DNA of 64,000 nt, from the NCBI RefSeq assembly GCF_963921235.1, contig NC_086097.1, positions 15,004,001-15,068,000 of the forward strand, written 5' to 3'. The position numbers and the translations under genes are program-made. This document shows, piece after piece, positions 1 to 12,503 of the stretch. Every line of letters begins with the position of its first letter. Positions within the stretch are counted from its first letter, which is position 1. The stretch comes from Mobula hypostoma. Its lineage: Eukaryota. The notes beneath the pieces were generated by a model. The model had not been told where the DNA came from and made no database searches. It worked only from the letters and a program-made list of their open reading frames with translations.

Positions 1-72
1 TCCCTCTTTTCCCAGTGATGCTGCTTGACCTGCTGAGTTCCTCCAGTATTCCGTAGGTTACTAGACATCTTT

Positions 73-845
73 AAGATTCAAGATTCAAAAAACTTTATTG
101 TCATTCTAACCATACATCAGCTCTGCAGGGCAGAATGAGACAGCGTTCCTTGGGGCAGTGCAATCATAACATAACAAACGCGATACTAAATAGTAAACAT
201 AACAATAAATAATAAAACACAACAGCCAGATGTCACTTAAATCAGTTATAAGTGTCCAGTGCAAGTTAAAAGTGTCCAAAGCAGAGTCAGGTGGAGCAGC
301 TATTTAGCAGTCTGACTGCCTGTGGGAGGAAGCTGTTTAGTAGCCTTGTGGTTTTAGTTTTGATGCTCCTGTAACGTTTGCCTGATGGCAGAAGAACAAA
401 CAATTCATGGAGAGGGTGTGAGGGGTCTTTAATGATGTACCGTGTCTTCTGGAGGCATCGACTCTGAAAGAGGTCTTGGACAGAAGGTAGGGAGACCCCA
501 ATAACTTTCTCTGCTCCCCTAACCACCCTCTGCAAGGCTTTTTTGTCGACAGCACTGCAGCTGGAGTACCAGGTTGTGATGCAAAAGGTCAGCACACTCT
601 CAACCACGCCTCTGTAGAATGTAGTTAAGATGGGAGTGATGCTTGTTTAAGCTTCCTCAGAAAGTACAATCTCTGCTGGGCCCATTTCACAATCCCAGTG
701 GTATTCCTGGACCAGTTGAGGTTGTCCGAGATCTGCACCCCAAGGAACTTAATGTTTTCCACTCTCTCCACTGTGGAGCCGCTGATGCTGAGGGGTGTGT
801 GCTCAGGCTGAGACCGTCTGAAATCCGACGATCATCTCCTTGGTT
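73..845 (-). mobile_element. Rex1/Babar-type LINE, 3' fragment
   Basis: ORF 287-607 (ESVLTFCITTWYSSC...DPSHPLHELFVLLPSGKRYRSI..TTRLLNSFLPQA) is the typical C-terminus of this clade; short tandem tail AGATTCAAGATTCA. Confidence 0.85.
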
Positions 846-944
846 TTTTTGAGTTCAGCACAAGAGTGTGAGATGTAGGACCTGTTCTTGCACTGTACTA
901 TTTTAAGTTTTAAAACATGTAACAAAATTTTAGAAATGTGACAC

Positions 945-1090
945 AGACAACAGAAAATCTGCAGATGCTGGAAATCAAAATAATACACACAAAATGCTGG
1001 AGGAACTCAGCAGGCCAGGCAGCATCTACGGAAAAGAGCAAACAGCTGATGTTTTGGGCCAAGACCCTTCATCAGGACTGAGAAGGAAAG
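945..1090 (-). mobile_element. Penelope-like terminal-repeat fragment with degenerate hammerhead motif
   Basis: Minus strand 1080-1043 reads CAGTC CTGATGA AGGGTCTTGGCCC AAAACATC; same repeat family as 1769-2207, 32140-32525 and 45230-45600. Confidence 0.75.
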
Positions 1091-1768
1091 GGCATTTTAG
1101 CTTTTTATATATATAAAAAAATACAGCATCCCTGTCTAAAATAGCACAGGAGAGAAAATTTGTATAATACATATATTTAAAAACCTGCCTGTCAGGTAAA
1201 GTAGTACAAATCAGAAAGATGAAACACAAATTTATTTTGCTCTCACACCACAAGCTTAAGGAAATAATCCTTATATAGTTGAAATTGATTTAAGAAATGG
1301 GAATTATAAATCATGAGAATGTTTGTAAGGAATAAACTTTGCTCACATTAAGTTGAGCAATGTTTTGTTTTGGAAGATGAGATATTGTTGCACATTAAAC
1401 ACAAACGTTCCACTTACTGCAAAGAAGATCTAACCTTTTAACAGACCCAGATTTACTTGTTGCTAAATAAAGACTGGCTGAGATCACTGTATTCACAGTG
1501 TCAAATTGCAGCATCAGAATACCTACCATTTTAAGATAGCTGTGCATATGTAAAATTAGCTGGAATGCAAGGTATGTGGGTAGTCAATGGATTAAACAAA
1601 TATATGTGTTAAAGCTGCATGCCACAAAATAATGCAGAAGGCAAATGTAAACATTACTTATTGCTCATCTTATTTTTAAATTGTTAAGCTACAAATAGGC
1701 ACTGAATTCTAGGATTTTAAAAAACCTACCGCAGATAAGCACGTGCACACTGCTGAGACACTGTATTA

Positions 1769-2207
1769 CACATCAAAGTTGCTGGTGAACGCAGCAGGCC
1801 AGGCAGCATCTCTAGGAAGAGGTACAGTCGATGTTTCAGGCCGAGACCCTTCGTCAGGACTAACTGAAGGAAGAGTTAGTAAGAGATTTGAAAGTGGGAG
1901 GGGGAGGGGGAAGAGGGAGATCCAAAATGATAGGAGAAGACAGGAGGGGGAAGGATGGAGCCAAGAGCTGGACAGGTGATTGGCAAAGGGGATATGAGAG
2001 GATCATGGGACATTTCTCCCCGGACCTCCTGTCCTCTCATATCCCCTTTGCCAATCACCTGTCCAGCTCTTGGCTCCATCCCTCCCCCTCCTCGGCCTGA
2101 AACGTCGACTGTATCTCTTCCTAGAGATGCTGCCTGGCCTGCTGTGTTCACCAACAACTTTGATGTGTGTTGCTTGAATTTCCAGCATCTGCAGAATTCC
2201 TCGTGTT
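1769..2207. mobile_element. Fold-back Penelope-like terminal-repeat insertion (nested inverted repeats)
   Basis: Outer arms ~1769-1845/2091-2168, inner arms ~1944-2002/2032-2090; degenerate TSD TGAGACACTGTATTA (1754-1768) / TGAGACACGGTACTA (2208-2222). Confidence 0.8.
1825..1861 (-). ncRNA. Minimal type I hammerhead ribozyme motif (Penelope-associated), near-intact copy
   Basis: Minus strand AGTC CTGACGA AGG-GTCTCGG-CCT GAAA CA TC GACT(G): stem I AGTC/GACT, core CUGANGA and GAAA, stem II AGG/CCT, AUC triplet. Confidence 0.72.
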
Positions 2208-3644
2208 TGAGACACGGTACTAACTTGCAAGGAAACGTTATGTGTACTCTCAGTTCACGAGGCAGACTGGAAGCGCTAAAATCAGATAAAAATACAGGAA
2301 ATGAGCTGTGAGGTTCATTAAAATCTTGCTGAAAATAGGTACTAATGGAAAGAACTGATGAGATAGACATGAGAGGATGAACACAAAACATTTTGTGACC
2401 AAGGTTTTGTGTCATAGTATCACTTTGCTTTCAAATGTTCTTTCATATCCATCTCATCCCTTCATCGACAGAATTTTATCCTTTTTTTAAAAAAAAATCT
2501 AGGATTGGTTTGGTCGTTGCCTCTTTAGCTTTCAAATTTAGTGATACAGTGTGAAGTTGGTCCTTCAAGTCGCAGAACCCCAGCAACCCTGACAACACCG
2601 ATTTACAGTCGGAGAAGGCTGGTTTTAGCACCAGACACTTTTACCCCGGTGAACAATAATGCTGCGATTTCTTCACTGTGGAGTTAACGATAGATTTTCA
2701 TTTAAAGGATTTATGATTAGATTTGTTCATAGAATATAAATTGAGTATCTGATCTTATATTTTCAAAAGGAACAAAAATCATGAACATTGCTTCCAGGAT
2801 ATAACAGATTTTTAATTGAATCAAATCCCAAGAAACTGTAGTGGCCATCTGAAATAGATTACTACTCTGAAATCCCACAAAATTTAAAGTCACTAATTTA
2901 AATCATTTAAATGCACGTAATTGTTCCCATAGATTGAGAAGGTATATAAATTAGTGACTGGAAAAAAATCTTCAGCTAGAAAAAATTGAAAGGTCTTTGA
3001 GCTGAAACACTCACTGCTTCTATTTCCACAGATGCTGTCTGAGAGCAATAAGATAAAAAAGTAACAAAATACATATTTCTTCACATTCTGTTTTGGCTAG
3101 GTAACAAATGTTTAAGGACGAAAACAAATGTACTAGTTTAAATTGGAGTGAGTCTGGAAAAAAGTGTGATTTCACTTTATATCTATCTAAAATAAAATAT
3201 TAACTCAAGCAGCAATAATATTTTCTATGTACTTATCAATTATTTATCTCTTGATAAATTCATAGAAAACCAGTCAATGTTAGTGAAGTCATAATAACCT
3301 TTATTATAAATACTTTTCCTACTGCAAAAACAAAACAAATCTATCTCTCTCTCATTAAACTAATTGATTCTTAATCCGGCTCAACTCGTTAAGCAAATGA
3401 CAGAGGGAGGAACATACAAGGTCTTAAATAAACTGGATTTGAAAAACATTTCTTAACTATTTCATTACTGAACAGATAATTTTAATGTCTAGCCCTTCAT
3501 AATTTTTCCCTAAAAAACTGCAATTATCTTATCACTACGTTATTTTCTCTCCTAATATCCACGAATGCCTTCCATATCACATCTTCATATCCTTCATAGA
3601 CAAACAGGTGCTCATCTTCAACAAATTATCATGGCATAAATAAT

Positions 3645-3830
3645 CGCAAACAACAGGAATTCTGCAGATGCTGGAAATTCAAGCAACACACATCAAAGTT
3701 GCTGGTGAACGCAGCAGGCCAGGCAGCATCTCTAGGAAGAGGTACAGTCTCGGCCTGAAACGTCGACTGTACCTCTTCCTAGAGATGCTGCCTGGCCTGC
3801 TGCGTTCACCAGCAACTTTGATGTGTGTTG
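3645..3830. mobile_element. 186-bp fold-back Penelope-like insertion with 14-bp TSD
   Basis: Perfect 66-bp inverted arms 3684-3749/3765-3830; TSD ATGGCATAAATAAT at 3631-3644 and 3831-3844. Confidence 0.88.
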
Positions 3831-5682
3831 ATGGCATAAATAATGTCAATTTATTTTACAACATTTTACACCAGTGGAGATGGGAGTCTGATTTTAATTT
3901 TCAACCTTCTTCCCGCTTAGAAACATTCATTATTCCCTGTAGTTTAACTTCTCTAATGTGTGCTTATATTTTTGTATGATCACCTATATATGTGTAGTTG
4001 TTCAGTAAATGTAGTACAGCTGATTCTGCAATTTTCCAGAAGCTTCTTAGATTCACGTGGCATAACAATGCTGCAGAAAAACTATTTCATTGGTTGTTGT
4101 GGTGGATGTCTTGTCATCTTTCTAGTTTGAGCTAGTTTTTTTAAACATTGGATGTTCATAACTTTTCTTTGTTTTGCTCTTCACTCTTATTACATTTAAT
4201 AAATAGCCATAACCACCAACTTTTTTGCCTTGTTCTTGATGGCCAAAGAACCTTTGGATCGCAAATGCACCAGGATCCAAAGTCAGCTTTGACAAGATAA
4301 CTAGGCTAGGTGGATGAAACTCAAATGATTTCCCTTTCTGGTACTTCGAGTATACTTAAAATCTGACTGATAATTCAATAGCTTCCGTTTATTAAATGCT
4401 ACACAATGTTGGACATTTTATAAAATAACAAAATTTATGCAAGAAATTCATTTATTTCTAAATGTAACAATGCAATTGTAAGCTACAGAAATACTGTACA
4501 CAATTTACAACCATTTAGAAAGTTTTGTACTCTTAATTTTTCCTGTACTTCTGCTGGCAGACAGTAAGAGTGTAACTAACAGTGAAACTAGGTAGTGTTA
4601 CTTTCCCGACAGTTGAACATGGGAAAAGAAAGTTACGTTTTGTCATTCATCTGGTGCACCTGCAAACTCTTCTTAGCTGGTTTCTGGTGGATTATTGCAG
4701 ATTATCATTGTGACTGCAGTATTGATTCCAAATTACTGCTTTACCTTCAAAGAACTATATAACGCTCAAGTTTATAACTTAAACAATGGTGAAACCACTA
4801 TTCCTTCTAAGCTACGCAGTAACTGCAACGCTCCCACACATATAGCTTTTGTTACCATGCAACTAGAATTTTTTAAAACATCTTAATACAATTTCAAAGT
4901 ACACTAATATAATTTTGAAATCTGTATTAATATAATCAACCTTTAAAACGTTTCAGAGCTTCACCATATTTACATTGCCAGTATTTCAAGTTACAACACT
5001 GTTACAAATTGTAACAATAAACACAGAATAGAAGTTGGTAGCTCACTGTTAATAAAACATTGGCCTGCTGGATGCCAACACTGTCTAGTCAAAACATTTC
5101 ACTTTTGCCATTATGCCTGTCAGTTGGTTTAACTGCTTGACATCGTTTGCTTCTGTTGTGGGTTGTGGTACGTGCTTGTTGTGAAAAATTCTATTTCTGA
5201 CTTTTTTGGTAGGTAATCTTTCCAAAAGAAATCATAATATATAGACATAGAAAACCTACAGCACAATACAGGCCCTTCGGCCCACAACGTTGCAATATAG
5301 CAAGAATTAATTAAAAATTGTTAGATCAACAAAAAAAAACATTTAAAGTGCCGCACTGTTTACAGCTCATGTAAAAATTTCCTGTTCAGGGCAATGGTCA
5401 GTCTGCACAGCTGTAAAAAAAAAGTTAGCGGGATTGTTGGGTGAAGCAGTTCAAAGGGTGTTTTTCTCCTCTATATGCACTGCATTCAACCATGTGCACA
5501 GAAAACGAATATGACGCTACCTATTTGCAATAGGACTGCTAGCAGACGCACAAATTATTCCATGCAGATAGACAATGATGCTCCATATTAGCAGATGAAC
5601 CTTTTAGTTAAAAGGCCACTGTTCCAATATCTGAAAGATTTTAATTGCTTGATTTTTTTTAAATGGGTGCAGTTGCATCATA

Positions 5683-6492
5683 TACTCAGTGGCCACATAA
5701 TTAGACACACCAATATTTTCTACTGCTTGAGCCCATCCACTTCAAGGTTCAATGTCTTTTGCGTTTAGAGATGCTCTCCTGTATACCACTATTGTAATGT
5801 GTGGTTACTTCAGTTCCTGTTACCTCTGACCTCTCTCATTAACAAGGCGTTTTCCCCCACAGAACTACCACTCACTGGATTTTTTTTGTTTTTTTGCATC
5901 ATTATATGTAAACTCTAGAGACTGTTGTGCATGAAAACCCCAAGAGATCAGCAGTTCCTGACACTCAAACCTCAATATCTGGCACCAATAATCATTCCAC
6001 GGTCAAAAATGCCACTTAGTTCACATTTCTTCCCCATTCTGACGTTTGGTCTGAACAAAAACTGAATCTCTTGACCATGTCTGCAGACCTTTAGATATTG
6101 AGTTGCTGTCATATAACTAGCTGTTCAGATGTTTGCATTAACGAGCAGAGCAGGGGTACAGGTATACATAATAAAGTGGCCAAGTGTTTAAGGTGTTCGT
6201 CTAGTGATTCGAAGGTCGCTTGTTCGAGCCCTGGCTGAGGCAGCGCATGTCCTTGAGCAAGGCACTTAACCACACATTGCTCTGCGACGACACCGGTGCC
6301 AAGCTGTATGGGTCCTGTAATGCCCTTCCCTTGGACAACATCGGTGTCGTGGAGAGGGGAGACTTGCAGCATGGGCAACTGCTGTTCTTCCATACAACCT
6401 TGCCCAGGCCTGCACCCTGGAAACCTTCCAAGGCGCAAATCCATGGTCTCATGAGACTAATGGATGCCTATATATAAAGTGGCCACTGAGAG
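5683..6492. mobile_element. Non-autonomous Tc1/mariner-like element, interrupted by a SINE in its right TIR
   Basis: Ends CTCAGTGGCCACATAATTAG ... ATAAAGTGGCCACTGAG with TA nearby on both sides; related remnant near 27088-27170. Confidence 0.72.
6176..6473 (+). mobile_element. tRNA-derived SINE (CORE-like body, RTE-like tail)
   Basis: A box TGGCCAAGTG and B box GTTCGAGCCC; GTCCTTGAGCAAGGCACTTAACC core; tail GTCTCATGAGACTAATGGATGCC; duplication ATAAAGTGGCCA at 6171-6182 and 6474-6485; second copy at ~16403-16682. Confidence 0.8.
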
Positions 6493-6726
6493 TATATCAG
6501 AGCCTCGTTTACTATAAAGTACCATAACTGAAGTTGGAGCTCCCTTTGAAAGCATGACAGATGTCATTACAATCTAATATCAAGAGTTATGAGCAGGCAT
6601 GAAATAATTACAGCTATTTCAAAACTAAAAGTCAACACATGTTAGCAAAGACACTAAAGTCTGCAGGCAAAACTATTGCATAGATAGGATAGCAGATAAA
6701 GGAGGTTTTTAAAAAAAAAGGCAAAC

Positions 6727-6875
6727 CTTAATGTCTTTAGTTGCCTTTAAACCATAACCCTCTTCTGGGAAATAAGTAATTTCAAAACCTTCAGTTGAGG
6801 CTCCACAGTCAGCCGCCCACTGCAGTAGTTCATCAAAGTGGTTTTCTCTGTTCCCATCAAAGATAACCGATAAAC
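6727..6875 (-). CDS. SETD3: SETD3 third coding exon (149 nt, start of SET domain); later exons not found, presumably left of the window
   Basis: (G)LSVIFDGNRENHFDELLQWAADCGASTEGFEITYFPEEGYGLKATKDIK; acceptor tttAG, donor AAG|GTTTGC. Confidence 0.95.
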
Positions 6876-9478
6876 CTAAATTATCACAAATCACAAAGTA
6901 ACTTAAAATCGTAATAGTTAAGCAAAGGGAAAGCTTATTAACGAGGAAAAACAGCGAGATAAAAACAAAACAAAACTCATCTGGTAATAGGCATTTAAAA
7001 AATGCTATAAAAAGGATCACGTAGCTTTGGGTAGACTCACAACTGCACAGTGACAAGTTTGCACAAGAATTACAATATACACAATCCATAAGAATTTGGT
7101 GCATCATATTCAATTAACTGAATGCTGGCACCAAATGGTCATGCTGCATAATCTGATGGGAGAAGCACACCAACTGAGTCGTGAATGGCCAACCCTTTAC
7201 TTTGAGGCTGTCATCGCAGTTCCTAGATTGTTCAGTCTGAGAAAACAGAAGGTCTTGCAGGATGGTTAGAGTTATAATATTTCAAAGAAATTGCCTCTCG
7301 GTCTTCAAGTTCACAAGACCATAGCTCCACTTCTTTAAGCCCAATCAATTCGGTTTAAGAATTTCTTGTGAGACACTATCAAAAGCCTTCTGAAAATACA
7401 AATACAACACATCAACTGGTTAATCCCCATCTAAGGTGTTACATACAACCGCAACGTCCAAAAGGTTGCCAATCATGACTTCCTTTCATAAATCCATGCT
7501 GATTTGCCCTAGTTCTATGATTTTCTAAGTGCAATGTTTATCATTTCCTTAATAATATATTAAACCACATTTTTGCTACACGTCTTGCTTACTATAATTC
7601 CTTACTTTCTCTCTACTTCCTTTCTCCATTCCCATCTTTCAATCTGAGGAAACTGTGCTAGAATTAATGAAATTTTTGAATGATGATAACCCGTACATCT
7701 ACCACAGACCGAGGATACAGGTTATCAGAACCCAGAGAGTTATTACACTGCCATTAATTTCTTCAATAACTTTTTGCTGATTCCTTTATTTTTTAGGTAG
7801 TTTATTCATTCGGCAATTGCAATTTTCTATTATTTGCAGATGTGATGACAGGTTCTGAACATTTACACATTTCTTTTTCTGCCATTTCTACATTTCCACA
7901 ATGCAAAACTTCTTATCTCAGACCTCAGGAGACTCTCATTAACTTCAGCTAATTTTTTCCTCACTTTTTATATACATCTATTCCCCTCCCCCACAAAGCT
8001 TGCCTACTCTTATGTTGTATTTTCCGCATTTCTGCTCAGATGCCTTAATCTGCCATTGTGATTTCTGAGAGTTTGCCAATATTCAGACTTCTTGCTCTTG
8101 TATTTGAAAATTATTTGTTTTATTTAGATGCAAGACTCCCAGTTTAATTTCTAAGTAAATTATATAAAATTAAATGGAATTATGATCATCATTTACTAAG
8201 TGCAGCTTAGTGAATCATCAATTAACACCTTCTTAAACAAGGTTATTCCCTAATTTGTTCCTCAAAATACTGATCCAGAAAATCATCTCTTATAGACGAT
8301 GGTGCATTTTTCCTCTATTGTATCAATATTACTTTGGTTTGTTCAGCCTTTATGTAGATTTTAATCCCCCAAAATACTGTATTACCATTAAATGTTTGAC
8401 TTATACTATGCCCTGCATTGCAACTGTTTGGGGGTCTATGGACAACTCCCACCAAACTTCTCCACCCCTCAAAAATAGATGAAATTTTATATTCATCAGC
8501 CAGAATCACAGCAAACTCTTGCAATTCATGCACTGACTGAAATTTAATTATACAGAATGTTCCTACCCAACCTAACAAAAAGTAGTCAATGAAAGGACAG
8601 AAGCTGGGGGATGTACATTGGAACAAGTGCACTATACTAAAATGTTATTCAACTTACAAACACTTGCCAAGTAAATTCCTAGTCTTGTTCACAAAAAGCA
8701 GTATAGCTCTAATACAGTTATAACCACATTCATCTACCCTCAATCAGCATCAGAATGTTGGTCGAGGTCATGTATGAGGTTATTAAGCAGTACCCAATGC
8801 ACTTGCTAATAACCTTACAGTTGATGCTCATTCTGTGTTCTACCAATATCATTTTGGTCCAAGGATCGTTATAGCCTTGGTCCAAACAGAAATAAACAAA
8901 CCAAATTTCAGAGCTCAGATGAGAGTAATAGCTTTTGAGATCAAGGCAGCATTATTTTTTTAATGTGACATCAGGAATTTCTGTAAAATTAGTGGACCTT
9001 GGTGCTTGGTTGGGGGTTTGGCAAGAGTGAAAAATCACTGACTACAATTGTACCTCATACAAAAGATGGCTGACAAAGCCCATCATCTGTCACCAAAAGA
9101 TTGCTGTGGGAGCTTTTTAATGCTGTGCTTTAGGCCCATTCTTCCTCATCTACTTTACCAATAACCTTCCTTTCATCACATCAGAAGTATGGGTGCTCAT
9201 TAATAACTGCATACGCAAGTCACTATCAGATTTTTTTCTCTACTATAATATTACTAATACTGGATCACTTAACTTTATCCAAGTCTATTCTTTCTATTTT
9301 TGACTTAATAGCTTAGTGACAGAATGCAGGAAATTAAGCATCCAAATGTGTTCCCATTTTCAATCTGTTCCAATTTTAATGTTACTGGTTAGCAATTGAC
9401 AGTGACGTGGGGTCAGCCAGAGTTTGAATACATGCATAGAGAACCCATAACACAAAAAAGAAAATTAGCCACCCATAC

Positions 9479-9571
9479 CTTTTTGCTTTTTACGAATTTT
9501 CTCAATCAAGCTTCGGATCTGCACATATTCTTCCCACTCCTTTCCCGGTGCAGTGGAAGGATTACTACATT
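9479..9571 (-). CDS. SETD3: SETD3 second coding exon (93 nt)
   Basis: (K)CSNPSTAPGKEWEEYVQIRSLIEKIRKKQK(G); acceptor ttttcaAG, donor G|GTATGG; phase consistent with both flanking exons. Confidence 0.96.
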
Positions 9572-9718
9572 CTTGAAAACAATTAAAAAGTGGAAAAAGT
9601 ATATTACAAAGCATATCCTGGTTAACGAAACCACTTAAGTGCTTTACCCTGGAGGATGGCATACTGAATTAACAATTCAGCACTTCATTTTCACATCCAA
9701 TATGAAACTGCCTAAACT

Positions 9719-9995
9719 GGGTGCCATGACAGCATAGTGGTTAGCACAACACTATTACAGCTCAGGGTGTTAGAGCTCAGAGTTTAATTTCAGTATTCTC
9801 TGATTAAAAAAAATTTGTATGTTCTTTCTGTTTATTTGTGAGGATTTCCTCCCAGTCCAAAGATGTACCAGTTAGTAGGTTAATTGGTCATTGCAAATTG
9901 TCCTGTGATTAGACTAGGGTTGAATAGGCGGGCTGCTGGGCAGCGCAGCCCCTTGGGCCGGAAGGGTCTGTTGCGCAATGTGCCGTTAAATCAAT
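9719..9995 (+). mobile_element. V-SINE/HE1-like tRNA-derived SINE
   Basis: TAGTGGTTAGC head; TTTCCTCCCAGTCCAAAGA...TAGGTTAATTGG V-domain. Related copies at ~12888-13115, 13405-13695, 25540-25690 (minus), 29330-29595 and 49555-49792. Confidence 0.72.
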
Positions 9996-11069
9996 CAATC
10001 AATTAATTAATTAATACCTCCCGTGATTGTTGCTTCCTCTCTTCAAGAGCAAGGAGTTTATCCAGCCTCAAACGTCTGTCCATATATTATAAAAATACCC
10101 TTACCGTAGGAATAAACATTCTCAACTTCATTAGAAAACAGTAACCGTTTGTACAGTAAGCTAAATCACAATGGAATTTGAAGGCTGAGAACAAGGCATG
10201 TAATTCATTCAGGAGCTTCACTCGGAAACCAGCTGTGATACACCCGACCTGAAAATGACTTGAGTCAGCAAACAGTTCCAGTATAATAAAGGGTTTCTTC
10301 TTCTCATTAATGTAGCTTGTTTTGACAAACTCAAGGCATGAGAATGAGACTCGATCTTACCTGTCTATGACTGCTCCTGTAGTGATATAGTTAGACCTAC
10401 TCCCTTGCCCCAATCTTGTATCTTCTGTAATGTTACACATAAAATCTCACTCTATAATGTTTTCTAACCATAACATAGTGCAAAACTATTCCTTACAATA
10501 GCTGTCTTTTTTTTTTGCTTTACCAAAAGTCCATAACCCGGGTACCCAAATCTTGCTGCCTTGGAACAGATTTCTCATTTACCCCATCAACGTTTCTCAT
10601 AATTTGTCAAATGTTGTTTTAGCCCATTCTGCCACCTTAAAAAAAAGTCTTGAACTCCCATAAACCTCTGATTTGATCAGTATTTTGGCTAACCAAGATG
10701 CTATTCCTAATTAATAGCCTTTCCTCCACAGACAATTCTTGTCAAGTAAAACAATAGCTCTTGAATCAATGTGGATAACTTCACTCACCCCAACATGAAG
10801 AGTTCCCACAATCTATGTACTCACTTTCAAACACTCGTCTCATTTTCTCGATATTTATTGCTTATTTATTATTATTGTTTGTTTTTTTCCTTTTACTTTT
10901 TCCCTTATCTTTTGCACATTGGTCATTTGTCCATCTTGTGGGTTGTTTTTCATTAATTCCGCAGTGTTTCTTGTATTTACTGCAAATGCCCACAAGAAAA
11001 TGAATCTCAGGGTAGTATTTGGTGACATATATGTACTTTGATAATAAATGTATTTTGAACTTAAGGATC

Positions 11070-11750
11070 AGAGTCAGAGGAGTACAGCACAGAAACAGGC
11101 TCTTTGGCCCATTTGGTCTGTGCTGTACTACTGCCCACTCCCATCAACCTGTACCGGGACCATAGCCCTCCGTACCCCTTTCATCCATGTACCTATCCAA
11201 ACTTCTCATAAACATTGAAATAGAGCTGGCATGCACCACTTGTGCTGACAGCTCGTTCCACACTCTCATGATTCTCCGAGTGATGAAGTTTCCCCTTATA
11301 TTCCCCTTAAACCTTTCACCCCTAACCCATGACCTCTGGTTGTAGTCCCACCCAAACTCAGTGGAGAAAGCCTGCTTGTATTTACTCTATCTTTATCTCT
11401 CATTATTGTGCATGCCTCTATCAAATCTCCTCTCAATCTTCTATTTCTCATGGAAAAGGCTTGAAGGGCCGAATGGCCTACTCCTGCACCTATTTTCTAT
11501 TTTCTTAAGTCCTATCCTGTTCAATCATTCTTTATAACTCAGGTCTTGCAATCCCAGCAACATCCTTGTAAATTTTTTCTCTACTCTTTCAAACTTACTT
11601 ACATTCTTCCTGTAGGTAGGTGACCAAAAGTGCACACAATACTCCAAGTTAGGTCTCACCAATGTCTTCTACAACTTCAACATAACATTCCATCTCCTGT
11701 ACTCAATACATTGACTTATGAAGGCCAATGTCCCAAAAGCTTTCTTTGCG
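11070..11750 (-). mobile_element. CR1 LINE 3' fragment containing a short opposite-orientation CR1 tail (~11461-11503)
   Basis: Antisense similarity to the 3' part of the CR1 at 23897-24848 (e.g. GACCAAAAGTGCACACAATACTCCAAG = LEYCVHFWS). Confidence 0.75.
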
Positions 11751-12503
11751 ATTAGGTGACCGATTCTTTCTAATTCGCCACTGTCCTGAGCAGATTTTCC
11801 ACTGTGTGAAAGAATTTTTTTTTTGTAGATAAAGAGGAATTAAAGAACCACTTATATCCAGTTTCTGTTGCAGTGTATTGTGGTAAATCATCACCTTGCT
11901 CGCTCTATTCTCTTCAAATCAGTCTCCTATAATACTATTCACTCCGAACAATTTCAGGATTATTGAAAACTGCAAAATAGCTAGCTTAAATCAAACCAAT
12001 AAATCTCAATGCTTTGTTAGTACATATGCTGCTCAAACCACCAGAGCATGTGATTGACTCCAGGCGAATTTATAAAGGAATTTGGCAATTGAAAATGGGG
12101 ACCAAAGGTTATAGAAATATTAACAGTTTATTCAACCGAGGACAAGGGTATAATGACTTCAGAATGTGATTAGGAGGTTGGAGTCAAAATGGGTTGGGAG
12201 GTGGGGGGGGGGGCAAGCAAGAGCTAAAGACTTTGCAAGGAATTTGTTTTTTAAAAAAATTAAACTTTGTGAAGCAGATTTTCAAAAGAATATTGCATTT
12301 CCAGGATTAGAAACCACTTTGCAAATGTGATCAGAAACAAAAGGGAAAATACCTACAACTGCAGAGATTTTGAAGATGAAATTGAGCAAGATCTAAAATG
12401 AGTTCTCAATTCAATCATATCAGCTTTTCACCATGTTGTTCAAAGTGCCTGCCTTGTGAGCAAACAAAGGACCTCGCATTAAATATGCGACCAGCATACT
12501 TAC

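Noticed and set aside
1743..2415. Overlapping ORFs on both strands with repeated peptides (MEPRAGQVIGKGDMRG)
   Set aside because: Artefact of the inverted-repeat Penelope insertion.
1..6726. Next SETD3 exon (expected AEELFLWVPRKLLMT-like)
   Set aside because: No matching sequence found by eye; probably left of the window.
6876..7113. N-terminal extension of ORF 6709-7113 as coding
   Set aside because: Intronic open frame upstream of the SETD3 acceptor; T-rich on the coding strand and without SETD3 similarity.
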